The translations under genes and the position numbers were made by a program. A stretch of 64,000 nt of DNA, taken from contig CAWGMQ010000002.1 in the NCBI GenBank assembly GCA_963823665.1, positions 128,001-192,000 of the forward strand, in the 5' to 3' direction. Below are positions 39,282 to 50,135 of this stretch, one piece after another. This DNA is from an uncultured Planctomycetota bacterium (lineage in GTDB: Bacteria > Planctomycetota > Planctomycetia > Isosphaerales > Isosphaeraceae). Every line of letters starts with the position of its first letter. Within the stretch, counting starts at the first letter, position 1. The notes below the pieces were generated by a model. That model did no database searches. It was not told where the DNA came from and saw nothing but the letters and a program-made list of their open reading frames with translations.

Positions 39282-39512
39282 TCTTTCTCCTTGACTAGCG
39301 ACCACTCGACAATTCGTCGCCGTTAGACAAAGATTTCAGGCACAGGACCGAACATCCTACCGAATACCAACGCGGGAACTGAACACCAGTTCCATAACTG
39401 GTTCGATTCCCGGGTTGTAATCAAGATGAGGCGGGCCGGCCTGCTTTTTGCGGGGGGCTAGGGGCTGACAACCCGAAAACAACAATTTCAATCGAGTTGA
39501 GACGAGCATCCG

Positions 39513-40379
39513 ATGTCGACCAATGATCCCGAATTCTACCAGACACCGAAGTTCACTCCGGAGCAGTACGAGGCCCCTCCGCACCAGCGCGGATGCTTCT
39601 TCTACGGCTGCATCATCGCTATCGTGCTGACGGTGCTCGCGGCGATTTTCGTGGGCATCCTCCTCTTTGTCCTTTACCGCTGGGCAGGTCGCATGGCTGA
39701 AGAATACACCGGCACCGCCCCGGAACAGCTCCCCGTGCTCGAAATGTCCGCTGAAAAGCGTCAAGCGGTGAAAGATCGGGTTGAGGTGTTCCGCAAGGCC
39801 GTGGAAGCCGGGACGACGGTTGAGCCCCTCGTCTTGACCAGCGACGACCTTAATGCCCTGATCGAGGAGAACCCCGAACTGAAGGGTCGCATTTACGTCA
39901 AGGTCGAGGGCGACGAGGTCAAAGGGCGGGTTAGCTTCCCCCTTGATAAACTGAACATGCCAGTGATCGGGGGCCTTGTCAAAGGCCGCTATCTGAATGG
40001 CGAAGCCGATCTCAAGGCATCCCTTCGCGACGGCGTCTTGATCGTCACGCTCGACAATTTTGCGGTCAACGGCAAGAAACCGCCGGAAGATTTCATGAAG
40101 AATATGCGGCAGCAAAACCTCGCCAAAGACGCATACAAGGACGAGAAAACCTCCGAGATGATCCGCAAGCTTGAAAGCCTCGAGATCAAGGACGGAACGA
40201 TTATCCTCAAGGTTCGAGCCAAGACCTCAGGCGCCGGCGAGTCAAAAGACAAGGACAAGAAGTCCGTGCCCGTCGAGCTCGTGCCATCCAAGACGCAACC
40301 ATCCCCCAGCGGAGAGCCGCAGCCCAAAGCAGCGCCCGAGCCGGCTCCCGCCCAGGTAATACCCAAGAAGGCTGCTTGA
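39513..40379 (+). CDS. Hypothetical membrane-anchored protein
   Basis: RGCFFYGC followed by a TM helix, charged soluble domain and Pro-rich tail. Confidence 0.8.
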   Translation: MSTNDPEFYQTPKFTPEQYEAPPHQRGCFFYGCIIAIVLTVLAAIFVGILLFVLYRWAGRMAEEYTGTAPEQLPVLEMSAEKRQAVKDRVEVFRKAVEAGTTVEPLVLTSDDLNALIEENPELKGRIYVKVEGDEVKGRVSFPLDKLNMPVIGGLVKGRYLNGEADLKASLRDGVLIVTLDNFAVNGKKPPEDFMKNMRQQNLAKDAYKDEKTSEMIRKLESLEIKDGTIILKVRAKTSGAGESKDKDKKSVPVELVPSKTQPSPSGEPQPKAAPEPAPAQVIPKKAA

Positions 40380-40388
40380 TGCCGATGA

Positions 40389-40413
40389 CCCCGGCCGTGA
40401 TGTACGGCCGGGG
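40389..40413 (+). terminator. Stem-loop after the membrane protein gene
   Basis: CCCCGGCCGT-GATGT-ACGGCCGGGG perfect 10-bp stem. Confidence 0.55.
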
Positions 40414-40531
40414 CCCTTCATCCGATTGACCCGCACCAGGTTGATATCAAACGGCTCTCGACGATCACCGCGGGTGATATTTCGACAAGAAACAAAGGGA
40501 GAGAAACTCTTTCACACGGCACTAACTTATC

Positions 40532-41095
40532 ATGGCATCGCTCAAGGGTCAGTTGTTGATCGCGTCGACCGGTCTGGTTGACCCCAACTTCGCGCGCACC
40601 GTAGTGCTGATTGCGGCTCACGGCGAGGAGGGTGCGCTCGGGTTGATCCTCAATCGTGAGATGAGCATGCCCCTTCACCAGGTCTGGGGGCAGATCAGCC
40701 AGTCGGAGTGCGTCCGCGGAGGAAACGTGCGCCATGGCGGGCCGGTCGGCGGCACCTTGATGGCGATTCACGACTTGAGGCCCCATGCCAACCTGATCGT
40801 CACCGACGATGTCTACATCGCAACCGAGCTGCACGACATGGAGTCGCTTGCCGGGTCCGATGACGGCCAGGCGATTTTCTACATCGGTCATTCTGGGTGG
40901 GGGCCGGGCCAGCTCGAAAATGAGCTTGCTGAAGGCTCATGGCTGCTCCTGCCGTGCGACCCCCACCATGTCTTCACCGACACCGACAGCGACTTGAATG
41001 CGCTCTGGAAAGACGCCATGAATGAGGCCGGACGCCGCCAGATCCAGTCCGTCATCCCCATCAAGCACATCCCCGACAACCCCAGCCTGAACTGA
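40532..41095 (+). CDS. algH: YqgE/AlgH (UPF0301) family protein
   Basis: LKGQLLIA...DPNFARTVVLI..H...GALGLILNR, GGPV, GHSGWGPGQLENEL.EGSW. Confidence 0.92.
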   Translation: MASLKGQLLIASTGLVDPNFARTVVLIAAHGEEGALGLILNREMSMPLHQVWGQISQSECVRGGNVRHGGPVGGTLMAIHDLRPHANLIVTDDVYIATELHDMESLAGSDDGQAIFYIGHSGWGPGQLENELAEGSWLLLPCDPHHVFTDTDSDLNALWKDAMNEAGRRQIQSVIPIKHIPDNPSLN

Positions 41096-41173
41096 TCCGG
41101 GCCGAGCAATCCTTTCGGATTCGCCCCTGAGCGATCCCGCCCACAGCACCCGCCCTGCGTTTGTGCTCACTCC

Positions 41174-42644
41174 TTGGTGCGGCCATCACGGATGGCAATG
41201 GCCACCAGGTCATATGCCGTCAGCTTCCCGTCAGGCGATTCGATGCTTGCGGCCAGCTTCATGGCCTCCGCCATCTCGCCGTTGTGCGCGAGGCACCCCG
41301 CAAGATTTCCCAGGGCAACATTGCACGTGCCTGGCGGCATCGAGCGTGCGACCTTGGCAGCCTTGTTGCGTCTCGATCACCTTCAGGGCCCGTCGGCAGG
41401 TCGCCAGCGCAGCGTCACGGTCGCCGAGTGCAAGTTGCTCCTCCGCGTTCAAGAGCAGCAGCTCGCACCGGATCATCGCGTTGGTTCTCGTGCTTCCTGC
41501 GTATCGGATCCTTGGATCCCGTGACCTGAACGATCTCTTCGACAAATGGTTGAGCCTCGAGCGACTCAACAACCGTGACCATCCGGTTGAGCGTGACGCG
41601 GGCAGCGGCTACATTGCCCAGCTCGCGCCGATGCCTGGCAACCAGAGTCAGGGAACCGAGCAATGCAAAATCGCTCTTCTTGGTGTCGACACGATCGATC
41701 GAATCGTAGGCGATTTTCAATGTCGCCAGTGCCGCACCCCTGTCTCCCAGCGTCATCTGCGCCTTCGCAATGTTCGCGAGAGTATCAACCGTAAAGTCGA
41801 ATTCCATTCCTTCCCGCGGCAGCGCAGCGACGGCCTCCTTTGCTGCCTCGAGAGATCGACGAACGAGCTCCTGGCGATTCATTTCTCGATTCCTGCTGCG
41901 CCGCTTGCGCGGCGAACACCAGCAAAGTCCCGACGATCGCAGCGCCCAGCAAGCCGATTCCTTCCGGCACGGTCAATTTCATGGATTGGTCCTCAACCTT
42001 GAAAAGCCGACGAATGCGGGTCATCACCATCCGATCCGCCATCGCGAGCACCCCCGCACGCTTCTGACAGCGCGATCCGGCGAGCGCCACCAGAACTTCT
42101 GCGTAAGCAACCGGCCCGCCGCTTCGACCGACAACGAGCCGGTCACAGCACGACTCTCGCTCCAGAGAGAGCCATTCCGACGACCACCAAATCACCGGGT
42201 GGAAGAACAACAGCGATTCCACCAGCCGCTGGGAGATGTTGATCACGTTGTCCCACCGCCGAAGATGTGCCAGCTCGTGCATCAACACCATTTCGAGCTG
42301 GTCGGCGCTCCAGCCGCAAACAGCAGCCGGTGGCAGAAGAATCAGTGGGCGGAGCACGCCAATGAGCACCGGAACGGCCAGGCGATCGCACACGCCGATG
42401 CTGACCTGCCGTGCAATGTGCAGCGAGTCAGCCAGCGCACGCAGCCGGCGCGATAGCTCGCCACCGGTGATGAGCCGGCTCGATCGCCTCAACCCGCTGA
42501 CGCCGATCAGCCCGGTCAATAGCATCATCAGAGCGCACACTGAGCCGCCAGCACACCAGCTACTCCCCCCACCCAGACCAGATGCAACATCGTCCAGCCC
42601 GCGCCCGTCCATACCGGCGAATCGCTCAAAAGCCTGAAGCTCAT
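41174..42644 (-). pseudogene. BlaR1/MecR1-like M56 metallopeptidase, fragmented; 3' limit approximate
   Basis: ATG overlaps the blaI stop; GWTMLHLVW N-terminus shifts frame into PVLIGVLRPLILLP...HELAHLRRWD...FFHPVIWW...ERESCCD; further frame breaks near 41880 and 41480. Confidence 0.8.
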
Positions 42645-43298
42645 GACTTGGTCCCTTTCTTCCCTGAGGATCGCTTCTTGTCCTTTTGCGACCTGAGTAG
42701 CTCCGCGATTTCTTCGCGCTCGCCCTCGTCAAGCTCGCCCTCCTGTACCAGATGCGCAACCAGCCGGTGAGCTGAACCATCAAAGACAAGCAGCACAAGC
42801 TTGCCGATAAGACCTGATATCGTCGCCTTGCGGCTCACCCGAGCGTGCCACAAGTACCCGCGTGGTCCATCCGTACGCTCGACAAGATCCTTGGCGAGCA
42901 TCATTTTCAGCATGGTCGCCACGGTCGTTATCGCCACACCGCGCTGCTGAACGAGCACTTCGTGGATCTGTCCCAATCCCGCAGGACCCAGATCCCACAG
43001 AACCCTCAAGATCTCGAGCTCGCCGTCCGTCGGCTGCTTACTTGTGTAGTGGTTCAGCGTGAAATGGAATTCCCGGATTGCGTCGTTAGCTACTGGTGGA
43101 GAAACGATTGAGTGGAACGATTTAGCGCATTGGTACCAATCCCGAAGGTGAGGTGAGGGGCGGCTTCCTGCCGCCCTTCCTTCGGTCTTGGTCCCTGGGA
43201 CGGCGCTCAGGTCGTGTCGCCACGGAGTCCTATCCTCCGCCCAGGCCATTGGCCATCGTAGATCCATTCGACGGGGCTGACAACTGCTTTGCCCTGCG

Positions 43299-44281
43299 TC
43301 AACCGACTTGACGCTGCTGGGCACGGACTTCTTTTCGGCGACTCCTTGCCGCCTCGAGTTTGCGATCTCGGTCAGCAAAGATCTGCTTGTCTCGACCGCA
43401 CATCTTGGCCAGTGGTGTTACGTAGCCGATTGCACTATGAAGCCGCACCTCGTTGTAGTGCCGCACATAGCCCTCGACCAAGCGGATGGCATCCTCCACT
43501 GAAAGAGGTGTTCCCGGACGAATGCATTCTGACTTGATCGAACGATGCCATCGCTCGATCTTGCCATTACTCTGGGGATAGTACGGTGAGGTTCTCACGT
43601 GCGTCATACCGCAGATGCGGATGAATTCCTTGAAATCTCGAGCAATGAACTGAGGTCCGTTGTCGCTGATGATCCGGGGAGACACCCCGGGATATTGCTC
43701 GAGAGCTCGCTGAATAATTGTTTCGACGTCGCCTTCTTCCATCTTGGGCCGGATCTCCCAGTGCACGATCGACCGGCTGTAGCCGTCGAGCAAACTGCAA
43801 AGGAAGAAAAAGGTGCCGAGGACGTTGATATAGGCAATGTCGACGTGCCAGTGCTCGTGCGGACCGAGCGGTTGCTGGAACCCCGTTCCTTTGAGCGAAG
43901 GCTTGGTGTTGTGGCGGTTCATTAGACCGGCGTCGCTGAGCACTCGGTACACGCTGGAAGGGCTGGTCGCAACAACGTCGGCATCGAGCATCATGAACGT
44001 AAGCCTGCGGTAACCCTCAAGCGGATTCTTGTCGTGAAACTCGATGATCGCCTGCTTTTCCCAGTCTTCGAGCCACCAATCGCGGGGAATCCAACCGTTG
44101 TGCTCGTTGACTTTGCCGTAACGTTTTCGCCAGTCGTGGAACTTGCTCAGGCTGAAACCGATCCACTGGACGATTTGCTTGGCCGGGATTTCCGTCCGGT
44201 CCGACCAATAGCGAACGTAGTCGACGATCTGGTCACGAGTGTCGTGGGGAACCCAGGCTCCGGTCAGAGCTCCCCAAGAAC
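43299..44281 (-). CDS. IS3 OrfB, DDE integrase core (expressed by -1 frameshift)
   Basis: WHVDIAY, ISDNGPQF, YPQSNGKIERWH, YNEVRLHSAIGYVTP; frame open back to the A7G slippery site. Confidence 0.92.
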
Positions 44282-44572
44282 TTTTTTTAGTTTGACATGC
44301 TCTTCCAGCAGCTCGGACACGACCTCGTTCTTGCGCTGCAGTTTATCCTGAAGAGCAGCGATTCTGCGCTCCTGGTGCTTCTCCGGTGCCGAGCGAGTCT
44401 GCCCAAAGGCTGCGGCCCCGTTCTCGAACAACTGTTTCTGCCAGTTGTAGAACATCGATGGCTGGATGTCGTACTGATCGCAAAGATCAGAGACGGGGAT
44501 ACGCTCGATGAGATGGCGTCGCAGGATGGCAACTTTCTCGACCGCATCGTAGTGCTTACGTGGCTTGCTCAT
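44264..44572 (-). CDS. IS3 OrfA (HTH)
   Basis: RKHY...EKVAIL...VSDLCDQYDIQPSMFYNWQKQ; AAAAAAAG frameshift motif at 44281-44288. Confidence 0.92.
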   Translation of the reverse strand: MSKPRKHYDAVEKVAILRRHLIERIPVSDLCDQYDIQPSMFYNWQKQLFENGAAAFGQTRSAPEKHQERRIAALQDKLQRKNEVVSELLEEHVKLKKVLGEL

Positions 44573-44712
44573 GGAAGACCTCCCATTCGAGTTATAAGCT
44601 AACTCGAAACCGCGGTCATTCCATTTCCAACTGATTCAAAACACTTGCTCTTCGGGCCATCGCGCTCACTCCTCGTCTCCCAAGATGATCGCCACGTCAT
44701 CAAGCGGATCGG

Positions 44713-44741
44713 TTTCTATAGAATTAGAATCAATCTGTCAA
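44713..44741 (-). promoter_or_regulatory. Predicted blaI promoter with overlapping palindromic operator
   Basis: TTGACA-N17-TAGAAA; TTCTATAGAA palindrome and TTCTA-N6-TAGAA at 44714-44729. Confidence 0.65.
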
Positions 44742-44899
44742 CATCGACAAGTGCGGCTGAGCCGGATGATGCTCTCGTTGAATTTGGCTCCATTCTGATG
44801 GGTCACTCGGCGATCGGCAGCCTGGGATGTAGTAAACTGATGGTTCACCCGAGCAGAGTCCACTTGCTCTGCGGCAACGGAACTCCAAGGAAAAAAATC

Positions 44900-45907
44900 A
44901 TGAAGCGGTCACCGCGCCCCAGCTCTCCGTACCGAATTCGATCAGGGCAGGGGATTCTCGTGGCGCTTGCCCTGGCGCTCCTGGCTGCGTCGTCCGACGC
45001 CAGGGCCGACGATCCCGTGTCTGATCCAGCACCAGCGGCGTCGACGCTTCTTCCCGGAGCAGAAGATGGATTCGTCGATTCCAGCGGGGTCAAGATCCAC
45101 TTCGTCAGCCTGGGCCGCAAAGAAGACCCTCTGGTCGTCTTGATCCACGGCTTCCCCGACTTCTGGTATTCCTGGCGTGCTCAGATGCCTGAGCTGGCCA
45201 AACACTTCCACGTCGTCGCGATCGATCAGCGCGGCTACAACGCAAGTGATCAGCCCGAGGGCGTCGAGAACTACAAGACCGAGAAGTTAGTCGGCGACGT
45301 GGTCGCGGTCGTCAAGCACTTCGGGCCCGGCAAGGCGGTGATCGTCGGTCACGATTGGGGAGGCTTGGTCGCCTGGACTTTCGCCATGACTCATCCCGAA
45401 TTGACCGACAGACTCATCATCCTCAATCTGCCTCATCCCCGCGGGCTCCTTCGCGAGCTGGCCACGAACCCCGAACAACAGAAGAACAGCCAGTACGCCC
45501 GCAACTTTCAGAAAGACGATGCGGCCAAGCACGTTCCGCTGGAGTTTCTGACCGGTTGGGTCAAGGACGCCGAGGCCCGCAAGGTCTATCTCGCGGCGTT
45601 CAAGCGATCCTCCCTCGAAGGAATGCTCAACTACTACAAGGCAAACTACCCACGCTTGCCGGATGATGCCGCGAAAAACTCGGCCGCCAAGCAACCGGCG
45701 GTGCCCGATTTTCCTCCGGTCAAATGCTCCGTGCTCATGATCCACGGCCTCAAGGACCAGGCGCTCCTCCCCGGCGCACTCAACGACACATGGAAATGGA
45801 TCGACGCCGACCTGACGCTTGTGACGATCCCCGGCGCCGGCCATTTTGTCCAGCAAGATGCCGCGGAGTTCGTCACCAAGACGATGGCCGGCTGGCTCTT
45901 GAGGTAA
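44900..45907 (+). CDS. Secreted alpha/beta hydrolase (epoxide hydrolase-like)
   Basis: [36 protein letters not shown]; signal peptide. Confidence 0.92.
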   Translation: MKRSPRPSSPYRIRSGQGILVALALALLAASSDARADDPVSDPAPAASTLLPGAEDGFVDSSGVKIHFVSLGRKEDPLVVLIHGFPDFWYSWRAQMPELAKHFHVVAIDQRGYNASDQPEGVENYKTEKLVGDVVAVVKHFGPGKAVIVGHDWGGLVAWTFAMTHPELTDRLIILNLPHPRGLLRELATNPEQQKNSQYARNFQKDDAAKHVPLEFLTGWVKDAEARKVYLAAFKRSSLEGMLNYYKANYPRLPDDAAKNSAAKQPAVPDFPPVKCSVLMIHGLKDQALLPGALNDTWKWIDADLTLVTIPGAGHFVQQDAAEFVTKTMAGWLLR

Positions 45908-45915
45908 TCAGAGCA

Positions 45916-47388
45916 CTACGAGAATAGACCACGAAACACCCGCCCTTCATTCACCGTCGGGCGCTCGGGACGACCCTGGTATCGGAAAACGAGCTGGGAG
46001 TGATCAACCCCGAGCGCGTGCAGAATCGTGGCGTGGATGTCGTGAACGTGCAGCCGGTTCTCGATGGCATGCAAACCCACTTCGTCGGTCTTCCCCACGA
46101 CGATTCCCGGCTTCACGCCCCCTCCAGCCATCCACATGGTGAAGCCATACGGATTATGATCCCGGCCGTCGCCTTTCTCGGACATCGGCGTGCGGCCGAA
46201 TTCGCCGCCCCAGACCACAAGCGTTTCCTCCAGCAAGCCACGGCTCTTGAGGTCCCTGAGAAGTCCCGCAACCGGCCGGTCCATGGCGCGGCACGTCTGG
46301 GCGTGGTTTGCTTCAATGGCGGTGTGGGCGTCCCACTTGCTCCCCGCTCCGCAGTAGATCTGCACAAACCGCACGCCGCGCTCGACCAGCCTTCGCGCCA
46401 GCAGACACAGCCGCCCGGTACGGTCGGTTGCCGGGTCGTCCAGGCCGTAGAGCGCATGCGTCGCTTCCGTCTCCCGCGCCAGGTCCACGGCCTCGGGCGC
46501 CTCGGCCTGCATCCGAAACGCCAGCTCGTAGCTCTTGATCCGGGCATCAAGCTCGGACTGGTCGATCCGCGAAAGGAGATGGCGCCGGTTGAGCTGGCCC
46601 AGGTATTCGAGCTTGCCCTGCTGTCGCGCCGGCCCGATGTTGGCCGGCGTTCGTAGATTCGCAATGGGCTGCATTCCGCCGTCGAGCTGCGTCCCCTGGT
46701 ACACCGCCGGCATGAAGCCTGTGCCCCAGTTTCGCGGGCCCCCGGCCACTGTGGCACGAGGGGCGTCTTTCATCACGACGAAACCCGGCAGGTTGGCATT
46801 CTCGCTCCCCAGCCCGTACGTGACCCAGCTTCCCAGCGAAGGACGCCCCGCCAGCGTGGAGCCCGTATTCATCTGGCACACGCCGCCAACATGATTGAGC
46901 CCGTTCGACCAGCACGACTGGATCACCGCGAGGTCGTCCGCGCACGTCGCGATGTTCGGCAGCCAGTCCGAGACCCAGATCCCACTCTGTCCGTGCTGCT
47001 TCCATTTTCGCCGCGATGCGAGCAGTGGCGCCCGGCCTTCTCCCATCGGCGTGATCACCGGCTTGAAGCTCGGTGGCAGCGGCTTGCCTTCTAGACCGTT
47101 GAGTGCGGGCTTGGGATCGAATGTGTCGATGTGGCTTGGACCACCTTCCATGAACAGGAAAATGACACTTCTCGCCATGGCCGGATGCCGCCAGGGCGCC
47201 GCTCCCGATGGCTCAGACCCCGCCGCGAGGTCGCACGATAGCAAATCGACCAGCGCGAGCGTCCCGAAACCAGCTCCCGCGCGCATCAGCCATTCGCGCC
47301 GATTTGCCGGCTGAATTCGATGGAGAGCTCGTCCCGCTTCCGGCTCGTCCGTCGCTTGCACACAGGATTGTGAGTCCGGAGAACGCAT
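45916..47388 (-). CDS. DUF1501 domain protein
   Basis: NRREWL, VIFLFMEGGPSHIDTFDPKP, LLARRLVERGVRFVQ, WDAH, GEFGRTP, GRDHN. Confidence 0.93.
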   Translation of the reverse strand: MRSPDSQSCVQATDEPEAGRALHRIQPANRREWLMRAGAGFGTLALVDLLSCDLAAGSEPSGAAPWRHPAMARSVIFLFMEGGPSHIDTFDPKPALNGLEGKPLPPSFKPVITPMGEGRAPLLASRRKWKQHGQSGIWVSDWLPNIATCADDLAVIQSCWSNGLNHVGGVCQMNTGSTLAGRPSLGSWVTYGLGSENANLPGFVVMKDAPRATVAGGPRNWGTGFMPAVYQGTQLDGGMQPIANLRTPANIGPARQQGKLEYLGQLNRRHLLSRIDQSELDARIKSYELAFRMQAEAPEAVDLARETEATHALYGLDDPATDRTGRLCLLARRLVERGVRFVQIYCGAGSKWDAHTAIEANHAQTCRAMDRPVAGLLRDLKSRGLLEETLVVWGGEFGRTPMSEKGDGRDHNPYGFTMWMAGGGVKPGIVVGKTDEVGLHAIENRLHVHDIHATILHALGVDHSQLVFRYQGRPERPTVNEGRVFRGLFS

Positions 47389-47398
47389 CCCGGCCGTC

Positions 47399-49963
47399 CT
47401 AGTCTACATAGAGGAACTCGTTGGAGTTGAGCAGCACATGACAGAAGTCGACGAGCGCAGCATGGTCGGCCGAGGGATCATTTTGATGGGGTGCCGCGCC
47501 CATCGATCGCGATTGTGTACGGAGGAAACCGATAGCCTCCGCAGTCTCGCCAGGCAAAGGACTGCGGCCGACGGCAAGCTGGTAGGCCCGTACAACCCGC
47601 CCTTCGATATCTGCCGAGCTTGGCTCCTCTCGCTCGAGCCTCTTCGCGAAGTCCTCCGCCCGGGCCAGGCCCCATTCGCCATTGATCAGGAGCAACGCCT
47701 GCGCGGCTGTCGTCGTTGTATTCCGTCGCGGAGTGCTGAAGTTCCCGTCTGGGCCATCATAGAGATCCAGCAGCTCTTCTGGTGCATTGCGGATCATGCG
47801 GGTGTCGATCGTGCGCCGCGATTGATTGCTCGAACCGCTCGGTCCGCCGATTACCCTCCTGAGCTCTCCACTCGCAGCGAGCACCGCGTCGCGAATCTCC
47901 CCGGCGTCAAGCCGCTGGACGACGTGCTTCCAGAGCAATCGATTCTCCGGATCCACTCGCTGTGCCAAAGCGATCTCCCGCGGGCTCCGGCTCGCTGATT
48001 GCCGATACACCGCCGACGTCACGATCAATCGGTCTAGCGGCTTGAGACGCCAGCCTTCCCGCACAAGCTCCTTCGCTAGCCAGTCAAGCAATTCGGGATG
48101 GCTGGGACGTTCGCCCAGCCGCCCGAAGTCGCCCGGCGTGCCCACAAGCCCTCGGCCGAAATGGTACTGCCAGACGCGATTCACGACGACGCGCGTTGAT
48201 AGCGGGTTGGTCCCCCCGCAGAGCCAGCGAGCCAGTGCCAGCCTCCGTCCCGTCGATTGCGGCACCGCCCGGCTCGCGTGCACCGGCGCGCCGGCCGCGT
48301 CCAGCACCGAGAGAAATCCCGGCTCGATCGCCTTTCCGCCGGAATCACCCGCAATGACTGTCGGTGGTGAAACGGGCCCGACGTCCGTCACCGTGAGCAC
48401 CGGCCCGGGAGGCACCGGCCGTAAGGCGTCGAACGCCTTGAGCTCCTTCTGAAGCTTGTCCCACCGGGCCTTGTCCGGCCCTTTGATCTGCACCGGCACC
48501 TGCCCGTACTCGAACGCGATTTGCCGGAAGGCCAGCGATCCGATCTGTTTCTGGAACGGTGTCCGTTCCTTCTCCGGCCTGTGCAAGATGGCCTGAATTT
48601 CCTCCGGGAACTTGGCCATCGCCGTGCGGGCACCTTTGTCCCGATAGGGCTGCTCGATGGCTTTGATCTGACGAAGGATCGCCGCAGCGGCTTCCTCCCA
48701 TGCAGCCTGCTTCGCTCGAAAGACAGCCCATTCGTCCGGGCGGGCAATACTCAGGTCGTCGCGCGGCAAGAGTGGCGTGAAGAACGCCTGAAGCCGGTAG
48801 TAATCTCGCTGGAGAATCGGGTCGAACTTGTGATCGTGGCACCGCGCGCAGCCGATGGAGAGCCCGAGGAACACTTCGCCGGTAACGTCCGTGATGTCAT
48901 TGAGGATGTCAGCCCATTGCCCGCACACGTCGCGCTGGTTGTATTCATAGGTGCCCATCCGCAAAAAGCCGACGGCGACCTTCAATTCGGGGTCGTCCGG
49001 GTCAAGCTCATCCCCGGCAAGTTGTTCGCTCACAAACCTGTCGTACGGCTTGTCGGTATTGAAAGCACGCACGACGTAATCGCGATAGCGCCAGGCCGAG
49101 GGTCGAAAAGCATCTTGCCGGTATCCGTCAGATTCCGCGTAGCGAACCAGATCGAGCCAGTGGCTACCAGAGCGCTGGCCGTAGGCTGGCGAAGCCAGCA
49201 GCCGGTCAACCAGCCGTTCGTACGCGTCAGGCGTTTCATCGTTGACGAACGAGTCAACTTCCGCTTTCGTCGGTGGCAGCCCTGTCAAATCGAAAGTCAC
49301 CCGCCGGATCAACGACTCTCTGCTCGCTTCTGCGGCAGGTACAAGACCCTTCTCTCGCAGTGCTTTGAGGACAAAGCGATCAATCGGATTTCGCGGCCAG
49401 AACGACCAGGAACCATACAGAGGACCAGAGACCTCCGGAGGCCTGCTTTCATGAACGCCCTGGAACGACCATAGCGCCTGATCGGTGGTCGTGAACTCCT
49501 CCGGCGCCGCAGCCGTTGCCTTGTTCGTGGCGTGGGCTGCACGATCACGAACCGGCCATGCCGCACCAGCAGCGATCCAGCGGGTGAGAATGGCGACTCT
49601 CTCGGGTGTGAGCTTTCCGTCCGGGGGCATCTCCGGACCCGCGTAATTGATCGCGGATACGAGCAGGCTCTCCTTCGGTTTTCCCGGCACGACCGCCGGT
49701 CCCGATTCGCCCCCCTTGAGAATCGCCTCGATCGAGTCGAGCCGCAGTCCCCCCTTTTGCTTCTTGCTGCCGTGACACGAATAGCACTTCTCAGCGAGCA
49801 GCGGCCTGACATTCTGCTCGAAAAACTTCTCTCGATCGCTTGCGCTTGTCGAATCGCCGCCGCCGGCACGAACGCGCGCCTGGCCCAAGGCGCATGAAAT
49901 CAGAAACGTGGGCAGCATGAGCAAGCCCAACGAAGCAGACCACAGCCGCTTGCGCTTCCTCAT
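47399..49963 (-). CDS. Planctomycete cytochrome c + DUF1549/DUF1553 (PSCyt2/PSD1) protein
   Basis: CYSCH, NPIDRF, RRVTFDLTGLPP, WLDLVRYAES, CARCHDHKFDP, VNRVWQYHFGRGLV, PSHPELLDWLA, NSNEFLYVD. Confidence 0.93.
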   Translation of the reverse strand: MRKRKRLWSASLGLLMLPTFLISCALGQARVRAGGGDSTSASDREKFFEQNVRPLLAEKCYSCHGSKKQKGGLRLDSIEAILKGGESGPAVVPGKPKESLLVSAINYAGPEMPPDGKLTPERVAILTRWIAAGAAWPVRDRAAHATNKATAAAPEEFTTTDQALWSFQGVHESRPPEVSGPLYGSWSFWPRNPIDRFVLKALREKGLVPAAEASRESLIRRVTFDLTGLPPTKAEVDSFVNDETPDAYERLVDRLLASPAYGQRSGSHWLDLVRYAESDGYRQDAFRPSAWRYRDYVVRAFNTDKPYDRFVSEQLAGDELDPDDPELKVAVGFLRMGTYEYNQRDVCGQWADILNDITDVTGEVFLGLSIGCARCHDHKFDPILQRDYYRLQAFFTPLLPRDDLSIARPDEWAVFRAKQAAWEEAAAAILRQIKAIEQPYRDKGARTAMAKFPEEIQAILHRPEKERTPFQKQIGSLAFRQIAFEYGQVPVQIKGPDKARWDKLQKELKAFDALRPVPPGPVLTVTDVGPVSPPTVIAGDSGGKAIEPGFLSVLDAAGAPVHASRAVPQSTGRRLALARWLCGGTNPLSTRVVVNRVWQYHFGRGLVGTPGDFGRLGERPSHPELLDWLAKELVREGWRLKPLDRLIVTSAVYRQSASRSPREIALAQRVDPENRLLWKHVVQRLDAGEIRDAVLAASGELRRVIGGPSGSSNQSRRTIDTRMIRNAPEELLDLYDGPDGNFSTPRRNTTTTAAQALLLINGEWGLARAEDFAKRLEREEPSSADIEGRVVRAYQLAVGRSPLPGETAEAIGFLRTQSRSMGAAPHQNDPSADHAALVDFCHVLLNSNEFLYVD

Positions 49964-50135
49964 CGGCGGGGCCTCGCACCGCGCAGTAACCAAGATTGGG
50001 AGTGTCCCAATTCTCTCTATCGACGCAGGAGGGCATATTGTTTAACAACCGTGTATCATAGACTGGCTCGCGCTGAAACGCCATTGATTTGACTCAGGTC
50101 ATCCGGGTTCACGCCCAGCGCTGGTTCGAAGCAAG

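Larger units (their letters stand above)
43045..44643 (-). mobile_element. Complete IS3-family insertion sequence (1599 bp), 4-bp target duplication CTTG
   Basis: Imperfect terminal IRs TGTAGTGGTTCAGCGTGAAATGGAAT / TGTTTTGAATCAGTTGGAAATGGAAT (19/26); CTTG at 43041-44 and 44644-47; orfA/orfB. Confidence 0.95.
42641..44660 (-). pseudogene. blaI: BlaI/MecI/CopY repressor interrupted in codon 6 by an IS3 element
   Basis: Removing 43045-44643 and one CTTG restores MARRASKQPTDGELEILRVLW...TTVATML...FDGSA..LV.HL; GAGGAG RBS before ATG 44660. Confidence 0.92.
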
